From assembly GCA_038227875.1 (NCBI GenBank), contig JBBRPR010000013.1, positions 64,001-128,000 on the forward strand: a stretch of 64,000 nt of DNA, written 5' to 3'. This document shows, in pieces, positions 20,590 to 30,329 of the stretch. Source of the stretch: Planctomycetota bacterium. Lineage in GTDB: Bacteria > Planctomycetota > SZUA-567 > H5-PLA8. A program made the translations under genes and the position numbers. The notes beneath the pieces are model-generated. The model was not told the origin of the DNA. It ran no database searches and saw only the letters and a list, made by a program, of their open reading frames with translations. Position 1 is the stretch's first letter. Each line of letters opens with the position of its first letter.

Positions 20590-21438
20590 ATGAACAAGAC
20601 ACTCGATACAATTTTAAGCACTTCACTGCGCTTTGAATACCAAATGGGGAACTGCACGCCGCTGAAACGGCCGCACTCCACCGGCTGGCGCACGTTGCCG
20701 GGTCTGATGTGCTCCCAAGCCCATGGCGGCGGCAGCGAGAGCATCGAACTGAGCGACGGAAAAGTTCGCATTGCGAAGCCGGGGGAATTGATTGTGCTGC
20801 CCGCCGGCGTCTTTCACAAAGTCGATGTCGTGACGCCGCGAGAAGTGCGGCGCTGGGTGCATGTCAATTATTTCGTATTCGATAGTCTCGACCTATTCAC
20901 GCTATTTGACGTGGATGTCCTGGTGGGCAAGAAGCTGGGTGTGAAAATTGGCGATCTGATCGAAGACTGGATTGGAATTCACAAGGAAGCATCGCAACGC
21001 GATACGCTCTGGTTCAATGCGCGCTGCAACCAATTTGGCTTTGAGCTGCTGGCCTGCCTGGCGCAGATTTCAAAGCCCAAGCCAGGCGTCGGAGAAAAAT
21101 GGGACCACGCCAGAGAGCTCTGGCCGGTGATTCAATACATGCATGCGAATTTCAGCCAGCCGATTGAGCGCGACACGCTGGCGGAGCTCGCGTGCCTCTC
21201 GCCGGCGCAGTTTCATCACGTCTTCAAGCTGACGACCGGCGCTACGCCGATCGACTACCTGCGATCCATCCGCGTCCGTCATGCGCAGCAATTGTTGATT
21301 ACGACTTCTGATTCCGTCTTCGAAATCGCGCGGCGCTGCGGCTACGAGGACCCGTTCGTCTTCAGCAAGGCATTCAAGCGCGTCTGCAACGCCAGTCCGC
21401 GGGATTACCGGCGGACCGTGCGGCATTCTGAGTCCTGA
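20590..21438 (+). CDS. AraC family transcriptional regulator
   Basis: Cupin-like N-terminus, LAELACLSPAQFHHVFK, IARRCGYEDPFVFSKAFKR..SPRDYR. Confidence 0.92.
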   Translation: MNKTLDTILSTSLRFEYQMGNCTPLKRPHSTGWRTLPGLMCSQAHGGGSESIELSDGKVRIAKPGELIVLPAGVFHKVDVVTPREVRRWVHVNYFVFDSLDLFTLFDVDVLVGKKLGVKIGDLIEDWIGIHKEASQRDTLWFNARCNQFGFELLACLAQISKPKPGVGEKWDHARELWPVIQYMHANFSQPIERDTLAELACLSPAQFHHVFKLTTGATPIDYLRSIRVRHAQQLLITTSDSVFEIARRCGYEDPFVFSKAFKRVCNASPRDYRRTVRHSES

Positions 21439-21444
21439 CACACC

Positions 21445-22329
21445 TCAAGCGTGCGCCGTTTCCTGTGCGCCAACGCCTGCCATCACGCCCGATCCGGGCG
21501 GGGTCTTGTGTTTCCACGGGTAGACGATCTGGCGGCGTTCCGGCGTCAGGCGGGACATCAAGCCGGGTGAAGGAACGTAACCGAAGCGGAAGTTGCCCCA
21601 GGACGGTCCGTAGCGGTAGACGACGATGCGGCGCTCACCGGGATTTTTGCGCGTCGCGGAACCGTGACAGATGCCGTCCACGAACAGAATGACGTCGCCG
21701 GCGTTCATGTAAACTTCAATCGCGCCGGTTACGCCTTCCATAGAGCCGCCTTCGCGGATGAAATGCGCTTCGGTCTCCGGATGGCGCATGTTCGATTTGT
21801 GGCTGCCGGGGATCACCATCGTCGCGCCGTCGCCGGGGCCGATGTCGGTCAGCGCCAATAGCATGTTCACCTGGCCGCACATGAATTCGCCGTGCTTGTA
21901 TTGGTACTGGCAGCGTTTGACGCATTCGCGCCCGCCGGAATGCATGCCAATGCCCTGATGCGGTCCGCGCAGACTCGCGAAGTTTTCATCGATAAACAAC
22001 GGGCCATGGAGATAGTCGAACGAATCCTTGCCGCCGACGTAATGTTTGATGTGATTGATGTAGTGCGGGTGATCGATCAGGCGCTCGAAGGGTTCGCCGG
22101 CTTCGTAGATCTGTTGCAATGCCACGCCGCGGGACTTCTCCACGTTCTCGCTGTGAATATAGCCGTGCCAACCGTTGGGTTCGAGCGGCGGGACCTGGTC
22201 GATGATCGCGTTCATCTCTTTGATGTGCGTGCGCGAAACTGCGCCTTTGATGTGCAGGAAGCCGTTCAAGTCGAACAGATAATCGTCCAAGGCACTGGGT
22301 TGCGTGACGTCTCTTGCTTTGTCGCTCAT
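21445..22329 (-). CDS. Phytanoyl-CoA dioxygenase (PhyH)-like Fe(II)/2OG oxygenase
   Basis: YLFDLNGF, LALTDIGPGDGATMVIPGSHK, AGDVILF..ICHGS..R; the usual HxD motif reads HSG here. Confidence 0.8.
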   Translation of the reverse strand: MSDKARDVTQPSALDDYLFDLNGFLHIKGAVSRTHIKEMNAIIDQVPPLEPNGWHGYIHSENVEKSRGVALQQIYEAGEPFERLIDHPHYINHIKHYVGGKDSFDYLHGPLFIDENFASLRGPHQGIGMHSGGRECVKRCQYQYKHGEFMCGQVNMLLALTDIGPGDGATMVIPGSHKSNMRHPETEAHFIREGGSMEGVTGAIEVYMNAGDVILFVDGICHGSATRKNPGERRIVVYRYGPSWGNFRFGYVPSPGLMSRLTPERRQIVYPWKHKTPPGSGVMAGVGAQETAHA

Positions 22330-22398
22330 CGCTCGATTGACTCCTTTGAAGGTTCCCAGGTCACTGTTCGATACTCAAAATACCTCCTGAATGGAGAT

Positions 22399-22430
22399 TA
22401 TCTTCTTGACTGGCGTCCATATTTTCTTGA
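22399..22430. promoter_or_regulatory. Tandem direct repeat (TATCTTCTTGA / TATTTTCTTGA, 21-bp period), candidate AraC-family operator
   Basis: Copies at 22399-22409 and 22420-22430 in the divergent PhyH/AraC intergenic region. Confidence 0.5.
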
Positions 22431-22445
22431 AAAGTAACCTTTAAG

Positions 22446-23318
22446 ATGAAAAAGAAACTCGGCACCGGCATCGAACGCGTTTCAGCCCTCGGCTTTCGCA
22501 TCTGGTCGTTCACCGCGACGCACTCGATGCAGATGGCGCGTGCGCACAGCCATGCCGATTTCGAACTGAACTTCCTCACCCGCGGACATTTGAAGTACGC
22601 CTTTGGCGGCTCCATCGTCACGGTCATGCCCGGCAGCATGGCGTTATTCTGGGGCAGCATTCCGCACCAGTCGATCGAGACCTCCACCGACGCCCTGGGA
22701 TTCTGGGCCACGCTGCCGCTGACGCTGGTCTTAAGTTGGAATCTGCCAAAGAAGCTCGATGACCGCATGCTACGCGGCGAGTTCGTGACCGCGCGCGAAT
22801 CACCGGACACAGCCGCCAGCGACACGCTGCTGCTCAGCCATTGGCCCGCCGATTACCAGCGCAAGGATCCGGAATTGCGGCGCACGCTGCTGCTTGAAAT
22901 TGAAGCGCGCATACGGCGCCTCGCTCACGATAGCGCTGCGCCGACGCTCCACGGTGCAGCCAAGCGCCCGGAACCGGGAATCGAGAGCGCGCTGGCATTC
23001 CTGCACGCGCATTATCTCGAAGACATCCAGGCCGAAGACGCGGGGGCGGCGGCGGGCTGGCATCCGAAGTATCTGATGCGGCAGTTCAAGCAGACGCTGA
23101 ATATGACCGTCGGCGAATACCTGATGCGGCTGCGCATTTCGCATGCGCAGTGGCTGCTGATCTCGTCGGAGAAGTCGATGCTCGACATCGCCTTCGATTC
23201 GGGCTTTCAGTCGCTCGCACCGTTTTACCAAGCATTCCGCAAGGTCGTTCCGGAGGCTTCTCCCCTGCAGTTCCGCAAAGATGCGCGCAAGAAGAACGAG
23301 CTCGGCGCAGACTCCTGA
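22446..23318 (+). CDS. AraC family transcriptional regulator (MelR-like)
   Basis: HSHADFELNF, ALFWGSIPHQ, HPKYLMRQFK, IAFDSGFQSLAPFYQAF. Confidence 0.9.
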   Translation: MKKKLGTGIERVSALGFRIWSFTATHSMQMARAHSHADFELNFLTRGHLKYAFGGSIVTVMPGSMALFWGSIPHQSIETSTDALGFWATLPLTLVLSWNLPKKLDDRMLRGEFVTARESPDTAASDTLLLSHWPADYQRKDPELRRTLLLEIEARIRRLAHDSAAPTLHGAAKRPEPGIESALAFLHAHYLEDIQAEDAGAAAGWHPKYLMRQFKQTLNMTVGEYLMRLRISHAQWLLISSEKSMLDIAFDSGFQSLAPFYQAFRKVVPEASPLQFRKDARKKNELGADS

Positions 23319-23324
23319 TCGAGC

Positions 23325-25241
23325 TCAAGGCCCCGATTTGACATGATCCAATCGGAAGATGTCCTGCTTGAGATTCTTCGGCGGATCGGGCTCCAGTACC
23401 TCGGCCTTATTGAACGAATTCATGGTGCCGCGCACATCCGGGGCGTTGGGATGAAGCGAGAGCTGGTTCATCAGGTCCTTGCTGATGCATTCGGATTCCG
23501 ACGGCGTGCTGAGGATATGCGGCCGGACCACGACGATCAGTTCGTGGCGTGTGCGGCCGGAATTCTGCCGGCGGAACGGAATGCCCAGCACGGGAATGCG
23601 CCCAAGGACCGGCACTTCGGCGCGCTGATCGGTCACGTTTTCTTCGATCAAGCCACCGACGGCGATTTCCAGATCGTCCTTCGCGATGATCGTCCCGCTG
23701 ACCGTGCGCGAGGCGACGACGTCCACGGGTTGGTTCTGCACCGAACCGTTGCCGGTGACGACGGGAATCGTCGCTCCGTTGGAGTTGATGCTCGAATTTT
23801 CCTGCAACAGCCGCAGCGTTACGGTGCGGTCGGAATTGATATTGGGTGTGAGCAGCAGCGTGGTGCCGACCGGACGGAATTCGATGGTCGTGTTCGGAGT
23901 GGTCGTCGACGTGTTGTTGTTCTGCACGGTGTTGCTGGAAATGTTGCGCACGATTGGCCGCTCTTCGCCGATGAACAGGCGCGAGACTTCGTTATTCGCC
24001 GTCATCAGCAGGGGCGTCGCCAGTGTCGTAACTTTATTCTTAGTCTGCAGCATCTGCAGACGCGCGCGGAAATTCTTGTTCACGAACTGAAACGTCAGAT
24101 CGCCGTTGCGTACCGCCGTACCGCCCACATCCAGCGGAGCAGCCCTGCGCGCCGCGCCGCTGAGGACATCGGCCAGCGGCGGTTGAATGCTGCCGCTGGA
24201 AAACCCGCCCGCCGTGGTGACGCCGTCGGAAAACTGGAAATCGAACATCGAGTTCAAGCCGTCCTCGAGATCGACGGAGAGCACTTTGACTTCCAGCAGC
24301 ACCAGCGGCGTCGGCACATCCAGGCGGTGAACGAGTGTGCTGATTTCGTCGAGACTCTTCTGATCGCTGGTGCGCAGTAGCACGATGTTGTTCTTGCGGC
24401 TGATCGAGACAAAGATGCTCGCCGTCTGACGGCGGAACTTCTGCAGCGCCGCGTCGGCATCGCCATTTCCCTTTTCGATCAGCTTCTGGACAAGATCAGC
24501 CTGTTCCGGCGTCAGCGAACGGAAGGTGTTCTCCGCATCGCGCCGGTTGGAATTCAGTCGCATTTGCGGGCCGTTCAACGCGTTGTCGGAGGATGCCGTA
24601 CTCGACGAAAATCGGTTGTTCCCCGGCCCGCTGACTGACGTGTTGCTTCCGCCGGAGCCGGTGCTGTTGGACGAGAACAGACCCAAACCCTGACTGCGTT
24701 GATCGACAATATCGAAGCGGTCGAAGCGTGCATTGAGATCGTTAGCTTCATCGGTTGTGGCTTCGCGGTTGAACGACAATTGCACGCGATCGCCGTAGAG
24801 ATCGCGAATCGCCAGCGCAATCGAGACGGCGTTGGGATACAGCAGCGTGAACACTTCCGTCTTCTCTTCGCGGAAGCTGACCAGATCGCGTTCGAACTCC
24901 GGCATGGTGACGATGCGCACGATGCCTGATTTTTCATCCTGCCGGAACCAGAGGTTATGGGCTTTGCACAGCTCTTCGATCGCCGACTTTGCCGTGACGT
25001 TGTGCAGGAAAAGCGAGACTGGGATTTTCCCGGCGTCAGTCGACGAAACAATATTCAGACCCGTCTGCTGCGAAAGCATCCGTGTCGCGTCGATCAGCGG
25101 CAGCGCGCGAAAATCTACATTTTCAATCATCGCCACCGGCGCCGTTTCAGCAGCCGCACGCGCGGAAGAACAGGCCAGCAGGCAGACTAATGATCCTGCC
25201 CAGCAGAGGCTGCGTCTCATTTTCGATTTTCGACTCACCAT
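23325..25241 (-). CDS. Secretin (GspD/PilQ/MshL-like outer-membrane pore)
   Basis: Signal peptide, N-domains, LDVPTPLVLLEVKV, TLATPLLMTANNE..IGEERP, GTTLLLTPNIN, VGGLI..VPVLGRIPVLG..ELIVVVRPHI. Confidence 0.9.
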   Translation of the reverse strand: MVSRKSKMRRSLCWAGSLVCLLACSSARAAAETAPVAMIENVDFRALPLIDATRMLSQQTGLNIVSSTDAGKIPVSLFLHNVTAKSAIEELCKAHNLWFRQDEKSGIVRIVTMPEFERDLVSFREEKTEVFTLLYPNAVSIALAIRDLYGDRVQLSFNREATTDEANDLNARFDRFDIVDQRSQGLGLFSSNSTGSGGSNTSVSGPGNNRFSSSTASSDNALNGPQMRLNSNRRDAENTFRSLTPEQADLVQKLIEKGNGDADAALQKFRRQTASIFVSISRKNNIVLLRTSDQKSLDEISTLVHRLDVPTPLVLLEVKVLSVDLEDGLNSMFDFQFSDGVTTAGGFSSGSIQPPLADVLSGAARRAAPLDVGGTAVRNGDLTFQFVNKNFRARLQMLQTKNKVTTLATPLLMTANNEVSRLFIGEERPIVRNISSNTVQNNNTSTTTPNTTIEFRPVGTTLLLTPNINSDRTVTLRLLQENSSINSNGATIPVVTGNGSVQNQPVDVVASRTVSGTIIAKDDLEIAVGGLIEENVTDQRAEVPVLGRIPVLGIPFRRQNSGRTRHELIVVVRPHILSTPSESECISKDLMNQLSLHPNAPDVRGTMNSFNKAEVLEPDPPKNLKQDIFRLDHVKSGP

Positions 25242-25278
25242 AACTCCCCCCATTCACCACAACGTCACGAATGAAATT

Positions 25279-25725
25279 TCAGCGGACTAAAATTGGATTC
25301 TTGCGATCGGCAGCTTCCAGTTCCACGGCATCACTGTTGATTTTCTGCACGGTCAGGATGACGGATTGTCCATCGCTCAGCTGCACAGTGAACTGCGAAC
25401 CTTCAGAAACGGAAATCAGCGCACCTTTGAGCTCGATCATGGCAGAAGCACTTTTGCCTTTGGCTTGTACGATTCCCTTTAAGGTCATTTGCGGCAACGT
25501 CGCAGGAGGTTTCGGCGCCGGTGCGGCCTTCTCCGGACCGCGCAATGCCTGCTTCAACCTCTCACTGGCAGCAGTGGGATCGCGGAGCGGCCGGCTGTCG
25601 TCGGTATGTTCGATGGGTTTAGGCACCACCGGACCAGGTTCTTCCGCCCGCCCCGCGTACGGCCACGAGCCGGCCAGAAAAACCATGAGCGACATGAACT
25701 TCACGACACTGCGTTTAAAGGACAT
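25279..25725 (-). CDS. Exported pilus-assembly accessory protein (MshK/PilP-like)
   Basis: Signal peptide, LRDPT motif, MTLKGIV..SAMIE..VSEG beta domain; lies immediately upstream of the secretin. Confidence 0.55.
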   Translation of the reverse strand: MSFKRSVVKFMSLMVFLAGSWPYAGRAEEPGPVVPKPIEHTDDSRPLRDPTAASERLKQALRGPEKAAPAPKPPATLPQMTLKGIVQAKGKSASAMIELKGALISVSEGSQFTVQLSDGQSVILTVQKINSDAVELEAADRKNPILVR

Positions 25726-25741
25726 TTACGCCACGCCTTTC

Positions 25742-26956
25742 TCAACCCGCCAGAGAGAACAACGCCAGGAAAAACGCAATGTATACAAAGCCCACCACTC
25801 CTCCGACCACCACGATGACCGCCGGCTCGATCAAGACGCTCAAGCGCCGGACCAGCGCGTCGAACTGCTTCTCGTGAAAGTTCGCGACTTCCTTGAGCAC
25901 CGGGTCGAGCGTGCCGGTCTCTTCGCCGATCGCAGCCATACGCCCCAGCATTGGCATGAAGGACGACTTGGCGATCAGCGGCGCCGCCAGCGTGCCGCCT
26001 TGGAGAACGACGTGCCGGACCATGCCGATTTGACTGGAGAGTGCGCGATTCGAGATCAGATTCTCGACGGTTTGCAGTCCCTCGAGCAGCGTGACGCCGC
26101 TTTCGAGCAGCAGGCTCAGGCTGCGCGCGAACATCGCCGTAGCCGACAGCCGAAACAGTTTGCCGATCAGCGGCACGCGCAGCAGAAACCGGTCAATGAT
26201 CATCCGGCCGGAAGGCGCCTTGTACATCAGCACCAAGCCCACGACCACGCCAACAAATCCGATCAGGACATACGTGCCGTTGAGCTGAAACCATGTCGAA
26301 AAGTCGAGCAGCATCTGCGTCATCGCCGGCAATCTGCGGCCGCGTGCGGAGAGAAATTTCTGCAGCTTGGGGATGATGCCCACAAGCATGAAAATGGCCA
26401 CTCCGACGGCCATGATCAGTACGATCGCCGGATACATCAGCGCGTTGAAGAGTTTGACGCGCATTTCGCGTCCGCGCTCCAAATGTTCGGCGGCGCGGTT
26501 GAGGACGACTTCGAGTTGTCCGGACGCTTCGCCCACTTTCACAAGTTGCACGACGTATTCCGGAAAGTGCCGGGGATGCGCGCGCAATGCTTCGGTAAAA
26601 GAGGAACCCGCTTCGATGCGCGCGTACACTTCCCGCCAGATTTCGCCCATCGCCGGCCGGCGGACTTGTTCCGAGGCGGTTTTGATCGCCGACATCAGCG
26701 TCAACCCGCTGCGCAGCATCGTGGCGATCTGCTGCAGCCCGACTTCCACGTCGAAGCTCGTCGCGGGAAGCCACATCGCCGGATTCAGACGCGCGAACAG
26801 ATCGAGCCCCGATTTCGCCGACGCCGATTGCACGTCCAGCACGATCCAGCCGCGGCTGCGCAGTTGCGCAGTCACGTCGCCGGGCGAACCGGCGGTCAGC
26901 GTGCCGCTCTGAGGGCGGCCGCTGCCATCGCGTGCAGAAAACAGGAAGGACGGCAT
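25742..26956 (-). CDS. Type II secretion F / PilC platform protein
   Basis: MPSFLFSARD..G, QIATMLRSGL, VGEASGQL, LMYPAIVL, IGEETGTLD, LIEPAVIV. Confidence 0.93.
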   Translation of the reverse strand: MPSFLFSARDGSGRPQSGTLTAGSPGDVTAQLRSRGWIVLDVQSASAKSGLDLFARLNPAMWLPATSFDVEVGLQQIATMLRSGLTLMSAIKTASEQVRRPAMGEIWREVYARIEAGSSFTEALRAHPRHFPEYVVQLVKVGEASGQLEVVLNRAAEHLERGREMRVKLFNALMYPAIVLIMAVGVAIFMLVGIIPKLQKFLSARGRRLPAMTQMLLDFSTWFQLNGTYVLIGFVGVVVGLVLMYKAPSGRMIIDRFLLRVPLIGKLFRLSATAMFARSLSLLLESGVTLLEGLQTVENLISNRALSSQIGMVRHVVLQGGTLAAPLIAKSSFMPMLGRMAAIGEETGTLDPVLKEVANFHEKQFDALVRRLSVLIEPAVIVVVGGVVGFVYIAFFLALFSLAG

Positions 26957-26995
26957 GGTGAGTTGTGTTGACCCTTTCTTCGTTCAAGTACTTGC

Positions 26996-28492
26996 TTAGT
27001 ACGTCTCGACTGAATTCATCACGTCACGCACGGTCGTTTGTCCGGTGAAAATTTTATCCATCCCGTCATCGAGAAGGAATTTCGCGCCGCGGCTTTTCAA
27101 TTCCGCGATGATCTGTTCTTCCGAAACACCGGTATTGATGCGTTCGGACAACGCAGCATCCGGCGCGACCAATTCGAACACGCCCAGCCGGCCGGCGTAT
27201 CCCCGGCCCGCGCAATACACGCAGCCGACGGGCTCGTACACCAGGCGGCCGGCAGCGTCGGGACGTTTCAGCGCGTTGGCTTCTGAAGGTGTCATTTCCC
27301 GGCCTTTGCGGCAGTGGCGGCAGAGCTTACGGACGAGACGCTGGGCCACACACAACCGCAACGTCGCGCCAATCAGGTACCTCGGCAGGCCCATGTCGGC
27401 CAAACGCGTCACGGCGCTCACGGCGCTATTGGTGTGCAGCGTGGAAAGCACCAGATGTCCCGTGAGGGACGCCTTGATGGCAATATCGAGTGTTTCGATG
27501 TCGCGGATTTCGCCGATCATGACCACATCCGGATCGTGACGCAGCACCGAACGCAGCGCTTTGGCGAAGCTGACTTTGTCGGCTGAGTCGACTTCGACCT
27601 GCGCCACGCCGGGGATGTCGTATTCGATCGGATCTTCGACGGTGATGATGTTCAACTCTTCCGAAGCGATCAGCTTCTGGAGCGCGGCGTAGAGTGTGGA
27701 AGTTTTGCCGCTGCCGGTCGGTCCGGTCAGCAACATCAGACCGTGCGGCTGACTTAAAATCCGTTCGACCACCTTGAGATCGTCGTCGCACATGCCCAGG
27801 TTGCTGAGCGTCAGCGATTCATTGTTAAGCCCCAGCAGACGCAGCGTCATCCGTTCGCCATATTTGGTCGGCAGCGTCGCGGCGCGAATGTCCAGTCGTC
27901 GCGCGTCCGCAGTGAAACCGGAGGAATGCGAAAAACCGCCGTCCTGCGGCGCTCGCTTTTCGGCGATGTCCATCCCGGACATCACCTTCAGACGGCTGAC
28001 CAGGCCGGCCTCGGCGCTCAGCGGCAGCTTCTGGTATTCTTCCAGTTTGCCGTCGACACGGAAGCAAACGCGCAAACATTCGCGTGACGGTTGGATGTGA
28101 ATATCCGAAGCCTTCGAGACCACCGCAGCGCGGATCAGATCGTTGGACAACGTCACTGCATCGTCGGCGGCGGGCAGGGCCTCTCCCGGCAACTGGAACG
28201 TACGCGACGATTGCCGCATGCCGTCACCGTAAATCCGGCGCAGAGCACGCTGAAGCGAATCGCGCTCCGCGACCGTCACGGTGATATTCTGACCCGTAAA
28301 CCGTTCGACAGCTTCCAGCGCCGCGACATCTCCGGTTTCCGCCACCGCCACGCAGACACTGCCGTCGATCGACGCGAACGGCAGCACTTGGCGGCGCAGC
28401 GCGAGACTGGCAGGAACGCGCAGCGCCCAGACCGGATCGATCGTTACGTCGTCCATGTTTAGCAATTCGGGTTCGGTATCCAGGTCGCTCAT
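26996..28492 (-). CDS. GspE/PilB assembly ATPase
   Basis: ASDIHI, MDIAEKRAPQDG, GPTGSGKT, TVEDPIEY, LRHDPDVVMIGEIRD, GHLVLSTLHTN, CRHC..CVYC Zn site; ATGA overlap with the pilT stop. Confidence 0.93.
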   Translation of the reverse strand: MSDLDTEPELLNMDDVTIDPVWALRVPASLALRRQVLPFASIDGSVCVAVAETGDVAALEAVERFTGQNITVTVAERDSLQRALRRIYGDGMRQSSRTFQLPGEALPAADDAVTLSNDLIRAAVVSKASDIHIQPSRECLRVCFRVDGKLEEYQKLPLSAEAGLVSRLKVMSGMDIAEKRAPQDGGFSHSSGFTADARRLDIRAATLPTKYGERMTLRLLGLNNESLTLSNLGMCDDDLKVVERILSQPHGLMLLTGPTGSGKTSTLYAALQKLIASEELNIITVEDPIEYDIPGVAQVEVDSADKVSFAKALRSVLRHDPDVVMIGEIRDIETLDIAIKASLTGHLVLSTLHTNSAVSAVTRLADMGLPRYLIGATLRLCVAQRLVRKLCRHCRKGREMTPSEANALKRPDAAGRLVYEPVGCVYCAGRGYAGRLGVFELVAPDAALSERINTGVSEEQIIAELKSRGAKFLLDDGMDKIFTGQTTVRDVMNSVETY

Positions 28493-29724
28493 CGCGCCCC
28501 CCCGTATGCCGTGGGTTGATTCAGCCGACTGCGCAGCAGCGCCACGCGATCGCGAAGTTGGCCAGGATTGCGCGCCGTCGCCACCGCCACTGCCTCGCTG
28601 ATCGCGCCGCGCACCCACAGCTTCGCCAGATCCGCTTCCAGCGTCTGCATGCCCGCCGACTGCCCAGTCTCCATCGACGAATAGACCTGCGAGCTTTTGG
28701 CTGACGCGATCAGGTTGGCGATGGCCGGCGTTACAAATAGCACTTCACTCGCCACCACCCGGCGCGGTCGAGCCGCGCTGCTGCTGACCAGCACGGCGCC
28801 TTCCACTGCGGGAACGCCATCGGACTTCTCGGAGTTCTCTTGCTCGGCCAGTGACGACGGCAGCAAATGCTGTGAGACAATCGCGCGCAGCGTCAGCGCC
28901 AACTGCCGTCGGATTCCGTCCTGTTCGTTGGCGGGAAACACAGAGACCAGGCGCTCAATCGAGCCGGCGCAATCGCCAGCATGCAGCGAGGCGAACACGA
29001 GATGCCCGGTCTCGGCCGCGGAAATCGCAGTGCGGATGGTGTCCAGATCGCGGATTTCGCCGACGAGCACGACGTCCGGATCCTGACGTAGCGCAGAGAC
29101 CAGCGCGTCGTTGAAACTCGGTGCGTCAATGCCGATCTGGCGCTGGTTGATGACGCTCTTGATCGGTTTGTGAATGTATTCCACCGGATCTTCAATGGTG
29201 ATGATGTGGCTGGCGCGCGAAGCGTTGATGCGGTCGATCAACGTCGCAATCGTTGTGCTCTTTCCCGAGCCTGTCGCGCCGCTGATGATCACCAATCCGT
29301 CGCGCAATTCGCACAGTCGGTAGAGGCTCTCGGGAAGCCCAAGTTCCGACAGCGGTTTAAATTCGTCCTCCAGTCGGCGCAGCACCAGCGCGACCTGATT
29401 CTGCCGGAGAAAAATGTTGAAGCGGAAGCGTGTGCCGTCAGATGCACTGACGGCGCCGTCGATGGCACCCTTCGCCACAATCGCCTCGTCCAGCGGCCGG
29501 GCCGTCGGCCCCTGCATGGCGATGACGGCTTCACCCAGCTGCCGCGTCTCGGATGCCGTCAACGTGGCTTCCGGCAGCGCGGTCAACTCGCCTTCAATTC
29601 GCAGGTACGGCGGCAATCCCGGCGTGAGATGCAAATCCGAAGCGCCGCGACGCACGCAGGCCAGCAGCAGCGCGCGAATGCGCTGCGAAAAGTCCTGCTT
29701 GCTCTGTGCTGCCGACTCACTCAT
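28489..29724 (-). CDS. pilT: PilT/PilU-family retraction ATPase
   Basis: GASDLHL, RFRFNIF, GATGSGKSTT, ITIEDPVEY, ALRQDPDVVLVGEIRD, AAETGHLVFASLH, AIANLI (AIRNLIRE-like), GMQTLE. Confidence 0.88.
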   Translation of the reverse strand: MSESAAQSKQDFSQRIRALLLACVRRGASDLHLTPGLPPYLRIEGELTALPEATLTASETRQLGEAVIAMQGPTARPLDEAIVAKGAIDGAVSASDGTRFRFNIFLRQNQVALVLRRLEDEFKPLSELGLPESLYRLCELRDGLVIISGATGSGKSTTIATLIDRINASRASHIITIEDPVEYIHKPIKSVINQRQIGIDAPSFNDALVSALRQDPDVVLVGEIRDLDTIRTAISAAETGHLVFASLHAGDCAGSIERLVSVFPANEQDGIRRQLALTLRAIVSQHLLPSSLAEQENSEKSDGVPAVEGAVLVSSSAARPRRVVASEVLFVTPAIANLIASAKSSQVYSSMETGQSAGMQTLEADLAKLWVRGAISEAVAVATARNPGQLRDRVALLRSRLNQPTAYGGAR

Positions 29725-29738
29725 CGTCGCATTTCCAA

Positions 29739-30329
29739 TTACATCCACACCGTCAGGGACCAGATCAGAAGGGATTCGTCGCCCTCGCTGGGTTCCATGT
29801 CCAGCGCCACGGGTACGATCATCTGGTCGACGGTCGAAAGATCTTTCAGCGCTCCGGTCATGCTGGTGTAGGTTCCGCTCACTTCCAGCACCCACAGCTT
29901 GGGCTGCGCGATGCCGTATTCCTTGATCAGCCTGTTGGACAATTCAGTGGCGTCCGCGGGCAAGCTCTGCCCCTTACCATTGGCGTCCGCGGCTTTGCTG
30001 CTCGACAGCGTCATTCCACGCTTGCTCAGAATTTCCGTGATCTTCTGAATCGCCAGTGGGCGATCGTGCGACGGCTTGGGTTCGAAAACGGCCGTGGGAG
30101 CTTTGGGTTTCGCGGCGTTGTCGCGCTCTCGCGTCAACTCCTCGACTTCCCGCTTGCGAGCGTACATTACTGACGCCGCTGGAATGCTTTCGCGACTGCG
30201 CGCCGCCTCTTCGCTCGCCGCGGAAAGCTGCTGGAAACCAGGTCGCGCGAACCAGAATACGTAGATCACGCCGGTTAGAATTCCTGGCAGCAAAGCTTTC
30301 AGCCACGCATCGCGTTCGGATGTGTTCAT
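29739..30329 (-). CDS. PilO/GspM-like alignment protein
   Basis: Single TM, coiled coil, LEVSGTY..L motif; ATGA-coupled to the upstream gene. Confidence 0.55.
   Translation of the reverse strand: MNTSERDAWLKALLPGILTGVIYVFWFARPGFQQLSAASEEAARSRESIPAASVMYARKREVEELTRERDNAAKPKAPTAVFEPKPSHDRPLAIQKITEILSKRGMTLSSSKAADANGKGQSLPADATELSNRLIKEYGIAQPKLWVLEVSGTYTSMTGALKDLSTVDQMIVPVALDMEPSEGDESLLIWSLTVWM

Noticed and set aside
25271..26971. 566-aa plus-strand ORF (and similar long ORFs at 48888-50567 and 40611-41891)
   Set aside because: Antisense to well-supported genes; typical high-GC shadow frames with no recognisable motifs.
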